Shown here: positions 21,436 through 29,007 of the stretch, piece by piece
Layout of the letters: each line of letters begins with the position of its first letter
How positions within the stretch are numbered: position 1 is the stretch's first letter
NCBI GenBank assembly: GCA_001799485.1
Contig: MGTO01000118.1
Span: 1 to 50,059 of the forward strand
Direction of reading: 5' to 3'
DNA length: 50,059 nucleotides
From: Desulfuromonadales bacterium GWC2_61_20
Lineage (GTDB): Bacteria > Desulfobacterota > Desulfuromonadia > Desulfuromonadales > UBA2197
The notes under the pieces: model-generated
The model's input: only the letters and a program-made list of their open reading frames with translations
Databases searched by the model: none
What the model was told of the DNA's origin: nothing
Position numbers and translations under genes: made by a program

Positions 21436-21511
21436 GGGCCTATAGCTCAGTTGGTAGAGCCACCGGCTCATAACCGGTTGGTCCCAGGTTCGAGCCCTGG
21501 TGGGCCCACCA
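21436..21511 (+). tRNA. tRNA with CAU anticodon (elongator Met or lysidine-modified Ile2)
   Basis: A 76-nt cloverleaf was folded by hand: acceptor GGGCCTA/TGGGCCC, D arm GCTC/GAGC, anticodon stem ACCGG/CCGGT with loop CTCATAA, T arm CCAGG-TTCGAGC-CCTGG, and an encoded CCA. It is not an initiator, because positions 1-72 pair and the anticodon stem lacks three G-C pairs. Confidence 0.9.
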
Positions 21512-21570
21512 GTCAGGAACCCGATGAGTCCATACTCACATCCCCATATTTTTTCAACCTAGAAACCACG

Positions 21571-21606
21571 GAGTGCAACCATACCAGAGTTGCACTCTTT
21601 TTTTTT
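21571..21606 (+). terminator. Rho-independent terminator after the tRNA
   Basis: Stem GAGTGCAAC (21571-21579) pairs with GTTGCACTC (21589-21597), followed by T9 (21598-21606). Confidence 0.85.
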
Positions 21607-21618
21607 GGCCCTCGCCCC

Positions 21619-22836
21619 ATGCGAAAAAAAACCGTTTGTCGCATTCATGATCTGATCGGACTGGTCCACGCCCTCTACCCGCCGGCGCTGGCCGAGGAGT
21701 GGGATAACGTCGGGCTGCAGGTCGGCGATCCCGGCGCCGAAGTCTCCCGCGTCATGATCGCCCTCGATCCCAGCGCAGCGGCAGTCGAAACGGCGGCAGC
21801 GGCCGGGGCGCAACTGCTCCTGACCCACCATCCCCTGATCTTTCGTCCGCTGCAGCAGATTGTCCCGCAGGACGAAATCGGCCGCACCGTCATGGCGGCA
21901 GTGCGCGGCAACATCGCCATCCTCGCGGCCCATACCAATCTCGACCGGGCCGGCAATGGCCTCAACGACTGGCTGGCGGCACGTCTCGACCTGAACGATT
22001 GTCAGCCCCTGGCCACGGCGTCCGGCAGCCTGAACAAACTCGTGGTCTGCGTCCCGCCCGATCATGCCGAGAGCGTCGCCGAAGCCCTCTTTGCCGGCGG
22101 GGCCGGGACGGTCGGACGTTATGATCGCTGCTCCTTTCGCGCTTCCGGCATCGGCACGTTTCGTCCTGGGGCCGGGACCAGGCCCTTCACCGGATCGGTC
22201 GGCAGTAACTCCGAGGTCGCCGAGGTCCGGCTCGAAACCATTGTCCCGGCCGAGGCCGTAAGTCGCGTCATCAACCGCATGCTCAAGACCCATCCTTACG
22301 AAGAGGTCGCTTACGACCTCATTCCTCTGGCCAACCGCCGCAGCGATGTCGGTCTCGGTCGTATCGGCCGGCTGCCGCAGCCACTCCCCCTTGAACATTT
22401 TGCCCGAAGGGTCGGAGAGCGACTGGCAACGGCGACGCTGCGTTACTGTGGCGACCCGCAACAGCTGGTGAGCAAGGTCGCGGTCTGCGGCGGCAGCGGC
22501 ATGTCCCTCCTCGCCGAGGCGGCACGGCAGGGAGCCGATGCCCTGGTGACCGGCGATGTCAAATACCACGAGGCGCGCAGTGCCGAGGCACGCGGGGTGG
22601 CCCTGGTCGATGCCGGGCACTTCGCGACGGAACGGCTGGCGGTGCCGGTCCTGGTGGCAGTCTTGCAGCAGGAGGCGGTGCGCCGCGGCCTGCTGCTGGA
22701 ATTTATCGAGATGAGCGCCGAGCGGGATCCCTTCCGGGTCCTGGCGGACGCAGACGATGGCAACGGTAGCGGCGGTCAGGCAACTGGCGACGCTGCCGGA
22801 AAACAGACGGGAGGCAGACGTGCAGGCAGAAGTTGA
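21619..22836 (+). CDS. Nif3-like dinuclear metal centre protein (YbgI/GCH1-type-2 family) with inserted PII-like domain
   Basis: MRKKTVCRIHDLIGLVHALYPPALAEEWDNVGLQVGD...LLTHHPLIF...AHTNLD...VDAGHFATE. The upstream part of ORF 21451.. overlaps the tRNA and terminator and is rejected. Confidence 0.85.
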   Translation: MRKKTVCRIHDLIGLVHALYPPALAEEWDNVGLQVGDPGAEVSRVMIALDPSAAAVETAAAAGAQLLLTHHPLIFRPLQQIVPQDEIGRTVMAAVRGNIAILAAHTNLDRAGNGLNDWLAARLDLNDCQPLATASGSLNKLVVCVPPDHAESVAEALFAGGAGTVGRYDRCSFRASGIGTFRPGAGTRPFTGSVGSNSEVAEVRLETIVPAEAVSRVINRMLKTHPYEEVAYDLIPLANRRSDVGLGRIGRLPQPLPLEHFARRVGERLATATLRYCGDPQQLVSKVAVCGGSGMSLLAEAARQGADALVTGDVKYHEARSAEARGVALVDAGHFATERLAVPVLVAVLQQEAVRRGLLLEFIEMSAERDPFRVLADADDGNGSGGQATGDAAGKQTGGRRAGRS

Positions 22837-23527
22837 GTTGTTGCGGGAGTTGCAGGATGTCGATCAGTCGCTGAATGTGGGGCGACGCGACCGGCAGAAG
22901 CTTGAGGGCGAACTGGCCGAGATTGCCGCCGAGGTCGAGCGGGTGCAGGTCATGGTCGCGAGTCTGGCGACCGACCTTGAGACGCTGCAGGGGCAGAAGA
23001 AGGTGTTGAACCAGGCTCTGGCCCAGGAGCAGGACAACGTCCAGAAGGCGGAAGGGCGGCTCCCTGCCATCAAGACCCAGAAAGAATACGTGGCGGTGCT
23101 CAAGGAGATCGACACGGCCAAGAAGGTCAACAAGGATCTGCTCGACAAGATCGCGGCCAAGGACGGCGAGATCGAGGCCCTGAGCCGGGAAAAGGGGGAG
23201 AAGGACGCCTCTTTCGAGGCGGTTTCGGCCCGGGTCGGTGTCCGCCGCAGCGAGATCGAGAGCGGGCTTTCCGCCTGCGACAAGCAACTGGCGACGGCGA
23301 GCGAGCAGCGCGAGACCCTCCTCGGGCGTCTGCCGGCACCGCTGCGCAAACGTTACGTCATGCTGGTCGAGCGGCGCGGGGGGACCGCCATCGTCCCGGC
23401 GCGCAAGGGGACTTGTCTCGGCTGCAACATGCAGTTGCCGCCCCAGCTCTTCAATACCCTCTTCACTTCGCAGGAGTTGCTGAGCTGTCCGCATTGCAAT
23501 CGCCTGCTCTATCTCCATCAGGAATAG
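22820..23527 (+). CDS. coiled-coil zinc-ribbon protein (COG1579/DUF164-like)
   Basis: A long coiled coil ends in CLGCNMQLPPQ...CPHCNRLLYL. The GTG at 22820 follows GGGAGG by 5 nt. The in-frame ATG at 22757 is an alternative start with a longer overlap of Nif3. This family is a common Nif3 neighbour. Confidence 0.75.
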   Translation: MQAEVELLRELQDVDQSLNVGRRDRQKLEGELAEIAAEVERVQVMVASLATDLETLQGQKKVLNQALAQEQDNVQKAEGRLPAIKTQKEYVAVLKEIDTAKKVNKDLLDKIAAKDGEIEALSREKGEKDASFEAVSARVGVRRSEIESGLSACDKQLATASEQRETLLGRLPAPLRKRYVMLVERRGGTAIVPARKGTCLGCNMQLPPQLFNTLFTSQELLSCPHCNRLLYLHQE

Positions 23528-23536
23528 GGAACGGCA

Positions 23537-23951
23537 CGTCGTCAGGGATGGCCGGAGAAGGACAGACGATCGCCGGCTCCTTTAGAGGGGCGGGAGGAAA
23601 GTCCGGGCTCCGCAGGGCAGGATGGTCCTTAACGGGGACCGGGGGCGACCCCAGGGAAAGTGCCACAGAGAGAAGACCGCCTGCTATCGCCTTGTGCGTT
23701 GGCAGGTAAGGGTGAAAGGGTGAGGTAAGAGCTCACCAGTGCCGGCGGCGACGTCGGCAGCTCGGTAAACCCCATCCGGAGCAAGGCCTAATAGAGGAGC
23801 GGTTGAGGACGGCCCGTCCGAGGCTCCCGGGTTGGCTGCTTGAGGCCGTCGGCAACGGCGGTCCTAGAGGAATGATCGTCACCCTGTCCCGGGTAACCGG
23901 GGGAGGGAACAGAACCCGGCTTACGACCTTCTCCGGCCATCCCTGACGACG
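23537..23951 (+). ncRNA. rnpB: RNase P RNA, bacterial type A
   Basis: Universally conserved blocks GGAGGAAAGTCCGGGCTCC (23594-23612) and ACAGAACCCGGCTTA (23909-23923), plus GGTAAGGGTGAAAGGGTG and GTAAACCCC modules. The terminal helix pairs 23537-23561 with 23927-23951. The mature ends are probably inside this span. Confidence 0.9.
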
Positions 23952-23972
23952 CACGTCACCGTATTTTTTTTC

Positions 23973-24560
23973 ATGAACGCATCCGCCACCGCCGACCACG
24001 ACCTTTGGCACCGCCTGGCCGCCGCTGCCGCCACCGAGCTGGCGGCGCTGCCGTCTGGCGAGCGGACTCGGCTGACCGCCGAGCTGGCGGCCATCGCCGG
24101 CTGGCAAGACGAGCTTTATCGGCTTTTCCTGCGGGGCGATGGCGCCGCGGCCTGTGCCGCCTGTAACGACAGCTGCTGCAGTTGCGGCAAGTATCACCTC
24201 ACCCTGGTCAATCTGCTGGCCTATCTGGATGCCGGCGAGCCGTTCCCCCCGCCCGATTTTTCCTGTACCTGTCCGATGCTCGGCGTTGCCGGCTGCCGGC
24301 TGCCACCCCAGCGGCGGCCCTACACCTGCATCACCTTTATCTGCGGCACGGTCGAAGACCGTCTCAGCGACGCCGAGCGTCAGCGCTTTTACGCCGTCGA
24401 AGGGAAATTGCGCGCGCTCTACGAAGGGCTCGACCGGCGTTTTGCCGGGTCGAGCCTGCGCGGCCTCCTCAACCGGGGCGAGCGCCTCGGAACTGGACCG
24501 CTGCTGGCTCCGGCGCTTTCTCGCCATCCTTGTGCCCGACATTTCATCCGAGAGGAATAA
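23973..24560 (+). CDS. cysteine-cluster protein (YkgJ/CxxCxxCC-like), function unknown
   Basis: 195 aa with CAACNDSCCSCGKYH plus further Cys (CTCPMLGVAGC, CITFIC). Third-position G/C bias supports coding. Confidence 0.6.
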   Translation: MNASATADHDLWHRLAAAAATELAALPSGERTRLTAELAAIAGWQDELYRLFLRGDGAAACAACNDSCCSCGKYHLTLVNLLAYLDAGEPFPPPDFSCTCPMLGVAGCRLPPQRRPYTCITFICGTVEDRLSDAERQRFYAVEGKLRALYEGLDRRFAGSSLRGLLNRGERLGTGPLLAPALSRHPCARHFIREE

Positions 24561-24565
24561 AACGC

Positions 24566-25603
24566 GTGATCGACATCCATTTCAATAAGGACAATCCTGA
24601 ACTCGACGGGCGCATCGCCGAACTCGTCGCCCTCGCCGGTGCCGCACAGCCAGGACTGGTGCGGGAGATGATCCTGTCGGCCCTCAAGGCCGGGCAGGAG
24701 GTCGACTATCCGGCCGATCTCAAGCTCATGCGCACGACGATGAAGGAGATGCGTTACACCAGCAAGGTCTTCGCGCCCTACCGCGATCGGCGCAAGGTGA
24801 CGATCTTCGGCTCCGCCCGGACCGAAACACACGAGCCAATTTACCAGAAGTGTGTCGCCTTTGCCCGGCTCCTCGCCGAGAGTGGCAGCATGGTCATCAC
24901 CGGTGGCGGCGGCGGCATCATGCAGGCCGGCAACGAAGGAGCGGGGGCCGAGAACTCCTTTGCCATCAACATCCGGCTCCCCTTCGAGCAGGAAACCAAC
25001 CCGGTCATGGCCAACAGCAAGAATGCGGTCTACTACAAATATTTTTTCAATCGCAAGGTCGCCTTTCTCAAGGAAGCACAGGCCCTGGCTCTCTTTCCCG
25101 GCGGCTTCGGTACCCTCGACGAGGCGATGGAGGCCCTGACCCTGATCCAGACCGGCAAGAACCCGCCGGTGCCGGTCGTTCTCATCGATGACGATGACGG
25201 CGACTACTGGGAAAAGTGGTTCGAATTCACCCGTGACACCCTGCTCAAGCGCGGCCTCATCTCGGGGGAGGATTTCGGCCTCTTTACCATCACCCGCGAT
25301 CCCGCCGAAGCGGTGAAAATTATCGACGATTTCTACCGGGTCTACCACTCCAGCCGTTTCGTCGGGCGCAAACTGGTCATCCGTCTTAACCAGGGGCTGA
25401 GCGAGGAGCAAGCCGCGACCCTGGCCAGTGAATTCTGCGAAATTCTCGACCCCGGCGGTACCGTTCGCCTCTCCGGTGCCCTCCCCGAAGAGAACGACCA
25501 GCCCGATCTGTTGCCCCTGCCGCGGCTGGTCATGGATTTCAATCACCGCAGCTATGGCCTGCTGGTCGCCTTTATCCGGCGGATCAATCTCTTTGCTGAT
25601 TAA
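24566..25603 (+). CDS. LOG-family (TIGR00730-type) nucleotide N-ribohydrolase-like protein with C-terminal extension
   Basis: GTG at 24566, in frame with ORF 24182.. and just after the stop of the preceding gene, with GAGAGGA upstream. LOG motifs GGGGGIMQAGNEGA and PGGFGTLDEAMEAL are present. The start is uncertain. Confidence 0.8.
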   Translation: MIDIHFNKDNPELDGRIAELVALAGAAQPGLVREMILSALKAGQEVDYPADLKLMRTTMKEMRYTSKVFAPYRDRRKVTIFGSARTETHEPIYQKCVAFARLLAESGSMVITGGGGGIMQAGNEGAGAENSFAINIRLPFEQETNPVMANSKNAVYYKYFFNRKVAFLKEAQALALFPGGFGTLDEAMEALTLIQTGKNPPVPVVLIDDDDGDYWEKWFEFTRDTLLKRGLISGEDFGLFTITRDPAEAVKIIDDFYRVYHSSRFVGRKLVIRLNQGLSEEQAATLASEFCEILDPGGTVRLSGALPEENDQPDLLPLPRLVMDFNHRSYGLLVAFIRRINLFAD

Positions 25604-25709
25604 CAACCAGCAGCCATGAGCATGGGTCCCCCTTATCAGCAGCATGAGGGGAATCCTCGGGGTGACTTCGGAAAAGCGGGGTCGGGGGTCGGCGAGGAAG
25701 GGGGGGAGA

Positions 25710-26291
25710 CTAGCGCTCTGTGTTGTCGGTTCTGTCCACCCGCTGCATGGTTTTTTCCAGCAATTGCAGCACTTTGCCTTTGACGGTGAAGTAGTTGGAG
25801 ACCATCTGATCGACATATAGCTTGTAGCCAAAGAGCAGGATCCCCACGGTGGCGCCAAAGAGGATAACGCGAGCCAATTGCCGCGACTGCAGGGACTTGA
25901 GCAATTGGCAGAGAAGGACCAGGCTGGCGCCTGCAGCGACGAGGCAGAGTGCCAGCCAGCCCCAGTTCCGCGGGTTTGAAGCCGTGGCACTTGGCGCGCG
26001 GGGGGGTGGCGTTGGTGCCGGTGTTGGCGACGGGGCGATGAACGGCGTGCCGTCATGGCTGGGCGGGCGCGAGAGGTAAGGGTCGGCGGCTTCCGCTTCC
26101 GGTGGGGCCGGCTTCGCTTCGCGGACCAGGGTGGCGCTGCCGCGGCAGGGCGCCGGTATCTTATTGCTGTCATCGACAAAGCAGAGACTGCCCTGCTCGT
26201 CGGTGTAGCGATAGTAGTCGGCGCGGACCGGGGTAGCGGAGAGAGCGAGGGTGAGAAGGATCAGGGACAGACTCCCGCTGTGAACGATCAT
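25710..26291 (-). CDS. DUF4124-like exported protein with Pro-rich linker and C-terminal TM segment
   Basis: The ATG at 26291 has GGAGG 4 nt upstream. A signal peptide (MIVHSGSLSLILLTLALSATPVRA) is followed by DYYRYTDEQGSLCFVDD (DUF4124-like), a Pro-rich stretch and a hydrophobic helix. Confidence 0.7.
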   Translation of the reverse strand: MIVHSGSLSLILLTLALSATPVRADYYRYTDEQGSLCFVDDSNKIPAPCRGSATLVREAKPAPPEAEAADPYLSRPPSHDGTPFIAPSPTPAPTPPPRAPSATASNPRNWGWLALCLVAAGASLVLLCQLLKSLQSRQLARVILFGATVGILLFGYKLYVDQMVSNYFTVKGKVLQLLEKTMQRVDRTDNTER

Positions 26292-26383
26292 GGCGCCTCC
26301 GGCCGGTGCTGCTGGGGGATGTTGTTGCGGTCCTGCGGACAGGGCGCAGACTAACAGGCGCACCGAGCCGCGTCAACGGGGCA

Positions 26384-26439
26384 GGTCAGATAAAACAAGA
26401 GGGCGGACCGTGTGGTCCGCCCTCTTGTTTTATCTGACC
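26384..26439. terminator. 26-bp perfect inverted repeat; terminator downstream of ferritin
   Basis: 26384-26409 is the exact reverse complement of 26414-26439, with loop GTGT. The GC-rich core GAGGGCGGACC/GGTCCGCCCTC is flanked by complementary A/T tracts (TTGTTTTAT). It lies 11 nt after the ferritin stop. Confidence 0.75.
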
Positions 26440-26450
26440 GGTCATCTTCC

Positions 26451-26963
26451 TCACAGGGCGGCAACCGGCGGGACGAAGACGCGGGCGGCGAGTTCCTGGT
26501 CGAGCATGAGAAGGCCGCGGCCGTCCCCCTCGACGCGCTTGAGCTTGCGGATGATGAGGCTGAAGTTGGCTTCCTCCTCGATCTGCTCGGTGACGAACCA
26601 CTGCAGGAAGATCTGGGCGCGGTGGTTCCCTTCCTGTTTGGCCAGATCCATCAGCTGGTTGATGCGGTCGGTGACGAAGTTCTCGTGCTTGAGGCCGAAC
26701 TCGAAGGCGGCCTGCGGCGACTTGAAGCCGTTGGTCGGGGCGTCGATGGCGCGCAGGTCGGTACGGCCGGCGGTGTCGCAGATGAAGTGGAAGAACTTCT
26801 CGCCGTGGGTCATCTCTTCCAGTGCCTGCACCCGCATCCAGTTGGCGATGCCGGGGAGATCCTCGGACTGGAAATAGCCGGCCATGGCCATGTAGAGGTA
26901 GGCGGAGAAAAATTCATTTTTCATCTGTTCGTTGAGAGCGTCCTGCATGGTCTTGCTGAGCAT
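26451..26963 (-). CDS. ferritin (non-haem, Ftn-type)
   Basis: The ATG at 26963 has AGGAGA upstream. MLSKTMQDALNEQMKNEFFSAYLYMAMAGYF...EEMTHGEKF...QWFVTEQIEEE contains the ferroxidase-centre Glu/His pattern. Confidence 0.9.
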   Translation of the reverse strand: MLSKTMQDALNEQMKNEFFSAYLYMAMAGYFQSEDLPGIANWMRVQALEEMTHGEKFFHFICDTAGRTDLRAIDAPTNGFKSPQAAFEFGLKHENFVTDRINQLMDLAKQEGNHRAQIFLQWFVTEQIEEEANFSLIIRKLKRVEGDGRGLLMLDQELAARVFVPPVAAL

Positions 26964-27099
26964 CGAAAATCTCCTGAGAAAGGCGTCATATTTGGTACCC
27001 GGTCGTGCGCTGCAAATCATACCAAATCGGTTTGATTTGTCCAGAGATTCCCGAAGGGGCAGACTGGGCAGACGATAAACCTAGATCCTTCCCGCCGTG

Positions 27100-27948
27100 T
27101 TAGGCGGCGCGCGTGCGACCGAGTTCCCGGGCCATGGCTTCCCGGCGCGAATCATCGATTTCGCGTAGGACGATGCCGACATCAGCGGCGACTTCGGGGC
27201 GCACGAAGCGCCCGGTCAGGGGGCTCTCCGGGTGCAGTATGCCGCTTTCGTAAAGGGACCAGATCTCTTCAGCATAGGCGGTGGCGAGGAGTTCGGGGGC
27301 GAACTGGCCGAAGTAGGCGGCGAGATTGTCCACGTCGCGCGCGAAGAGGCGGCCGGCATTGTTGTTGCCGGCGGCGTCGATGGCCTGGGGGAGATCGATG
27401 ATCACCGGCCCGTCGGCGGCGACGAGGACATTGAATTCGGAAAGGTCGCCGTGGACGAGGCCGGCGCAGAGCATGCGCACGACTTCGGCGATAAGCTGGC
27501 GATGATAGGCTCGGGCCTGTTCCGCGGTCAGGTCGAGATCATTGAGGCGCGGGGCGGCGGCACCGTCATCGTCGATGACGAGCTCCATGAGCAGGACCCC
27601 CGAAGCAAAGGCGTGGGGTTGGGGGACGCGCACGCCGGCGGCGGCGAGGCGGTAGAGGGCATCGACCTCGGCGTTCTGCCAGGCTGATTCCTGCTCCTGC
27701 CGGCCGAAGCTGGAGTGTTTGTCCATGGCGCGGGAGCGGCGACTGTTACGCACCTTGCGCCCCTCCATGTACTGGGACTGCTTGTGGAAGCTGCGATGCT
27801 TGACCTCTTTGTAGGCCTTGGCGCAGCGGATCTCACCACCGCTGCGGACAACATAGACTTCGGCTTCCTTGCCGCTCATCAACTGCACCAGGACCTCGTC
27901 GATGAGGCCATCGTGCAGTAGGGGTTCCAAGCTTCTGGGGATTTTCAT
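27100..27948 (-). CDS. RIO-type atypical serine protein kinase
   Basis: 282 aa: LMSGKEAEVYVV (nucleotide-binding loop region), LVHGDLSEFNVLV (catalytic loop) and IIDLPQAI (metal-binding loop). Confidence 0.8.
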   Translation of the reverse strand: MKIPRSLEPLLHDGLIDEVLVQLMSGKEAEVYVVRSGGEIRCAKAYKEVKHRSFHKQSQYMEGRKVRNSRRSRAMDKHSSFGRQEQESAWQNAEVDALYRLAAAGVRVPQPHAFASGVLLMELVIDDDGAAAPRLNDLDLTAEQARAYHRQLIAEVVRMLCAGLVHGDLSEFNVLVAADGPVIIDLPQAIDAAGNNNAGRLFARDVDNLAAYFGQFAPELLATAYAEEIWSLYESGILHPESPLTGRFVRPEVAADVGIVLREIDDSRREAMARELGRTRAA

Positions 27949-28013
27949 CGACTCTCTTCTCTACGGTTTTTGGGCGCACCGGAATAGGTGCGCCGCTCAA
28001 AATGAACGACAAA

Positions 28014-28040
28014 GGCCTGAAACCATGCCGATTTCAGGCC
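28014..28040 (-). terminator. Rho-independent terminator after the small Lys-rich gene
   Basis: On the minus strand GGCCTGAAA/TTTCAGGCC forms a 9-bp stem followed by TTTGTCGTT. Confidence 0.6.
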
Positions 28041-28083
28041 GATTAACAATGTTCGCAGGCAAAAAAACCAAATATCCTGATCG

Positions 28084-28188
28084 CTACTTCTTTTCCGCCT
28101 TTTTGATCTTCTTGGCAGCCTTTTTTTCTTTCATGGTTTTGGCCGGTTCCTTTTTCTCAGACTTCTTGCTGTCCATGCCCTTGCTCAT
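28084..28188 (-). CDS. 34-aa lysine-rich small protein
   Basis: MSKGMDSKKSEKKEPAKTMKEKKAAKKIKKAEKK. The ATG at 28188 has GGGAGAAAATC upstream, and the gene has its own downstream terminator. The longer ORF 28084..28482 has no supporting signals. Confidence 0.5.
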   Translation of the reverse strand: MSKGMDSKKSEKKEPAKTMKEKKAAKKIKKAEKK

Positions 28189-28412
28189 GATTTTCTCCCG
28201 CTTCTTTTGCGCTAAAGGATAGGTGCCCGGGCAAATGCACTTCATCCTAGCACACAAAGACGACGGCGGGATACTTTTCGCCGGCGACTTTGATTCAGGA
28301 CGGAGCATGTTATGCTTGCCGAACTTGACCTGCGCCAGTTCCTGCCCTATGTCGAACGGGCTGGAGTTTAGCTGGACCGGCAGCTCCTTGCCCGCCAGGG
28401 GAAAAAGCCTCC

Positions 28413-28871
28413 ATGTACCGAGTCCTCCTGACAATCTGCTCCCTGCTCCTGCTCTTCCTCGTCGGCCGGCAGGAGCAGGCACCGACGCACAGCCCTGCCA
28501 CCCCTGTGGCCATGGCCGGACTGTGCAGCGGCGACTGCGCCAGCTGCGGCTGTCTCCCCGCCCTGGCCGCCAGCGGTAATTGCTGCTGCACCCGTACCCG
28601 CCAGTTGCGCCGCCCGGAATTGCCGCCGACGATTGCCGTCAACGCCACCCCCAGCGATGGCCCGCACCCCCTCTCCCTGCGCTGCGCCCCTTGCGACCGT
28701 GCCCCCGCCGCCCTGCCGGCGATCGGGGGCAAACTGGATGTCCTTGCGGCCACGACAATGACTGTAGCCTCACCGTCGGACCTTGTCCGTACCATTTTCC
28801 CGGCCATTCTCCCCCCCCTTGGGTGCGGCGCCGCCGCTCCCCCTTCGCCCCCGCCCGAAATCGTCGCCTGA
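28413..28871 (+). CDS. Cys-rich exported/membrane-anchored protein, unknown function (possibly metal-binding)
   Basis: 152 aa with an N-terminal hydrophobic segment (MYRVLLTICSLLLLFLVG). It has 11 Cys, 7 of them within CSGDCASCGCLPALAASGNCCC. Third positions are G/C-rich. It lies directly upstream of the TonB-dependent receptor. Confidence 0.6.
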   Translation: MYRVLLTICSLLLLFLVGRQEQAPTHSPATPVAMAGLCSGDCASCGCLPALAASGNCCCTRTRQLRRPELPPTIAVNATPSDGPHPLSLRCAPCDRAPAALPAIGGKLDVLAATTMTVASPSDLVRTIFPAILPPLGCGAAAPPSPPPEIVA

Positions 28872-29007
28872 TCCTTGCATCCTGGAACGCGAGAAATCCG
28901 GACCACAGCCGCCCTGATTTCTGCGCCGATCTGTCCCCCCCTACGCCGCCATTTTCCTGCGTCAGTCGGGAGGGGCGTAATATTATTCTTCCCCATGGAG
29001 ATGATGT

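Noticed and set aside
21451-21618. N-terminal extension of the Nif3-like ORF
   Set aside because: It runs through the tRNA gene and its terminator. The conserved Nif3 N-terminus starts at 21619.
23733-24542. 269-aa minus-strand ORF and other small ORFs across 23413-23950
   Set aside because: They overlap the RNase P RNA and the opposite-strand Cys-cluster gene. No coding signals are present.
26384-26439. 26-bp perfect inverted repeat as a possible MITE, mobile-element end or recombination site
   Set aside because: It occurs once in the window and has no flanking direct repeats. Its architecture (GC-rich core with complementary A/T tracts immediately after the ferritin stop) is that of a bidirectional intrinsic terminator.
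28189-28412. Possible cobalamin riboswitch upstream of the Cys-rich/TonB-receptor cluster (AGGTGCCCGGGCAAATGCAC looked vaguely B12-like)
   Set aside because: There is no B12 box (GCCACTG-like) and none of the other conserved cobalamin riboswitch blocks. The resemblance is limited to a few bases.
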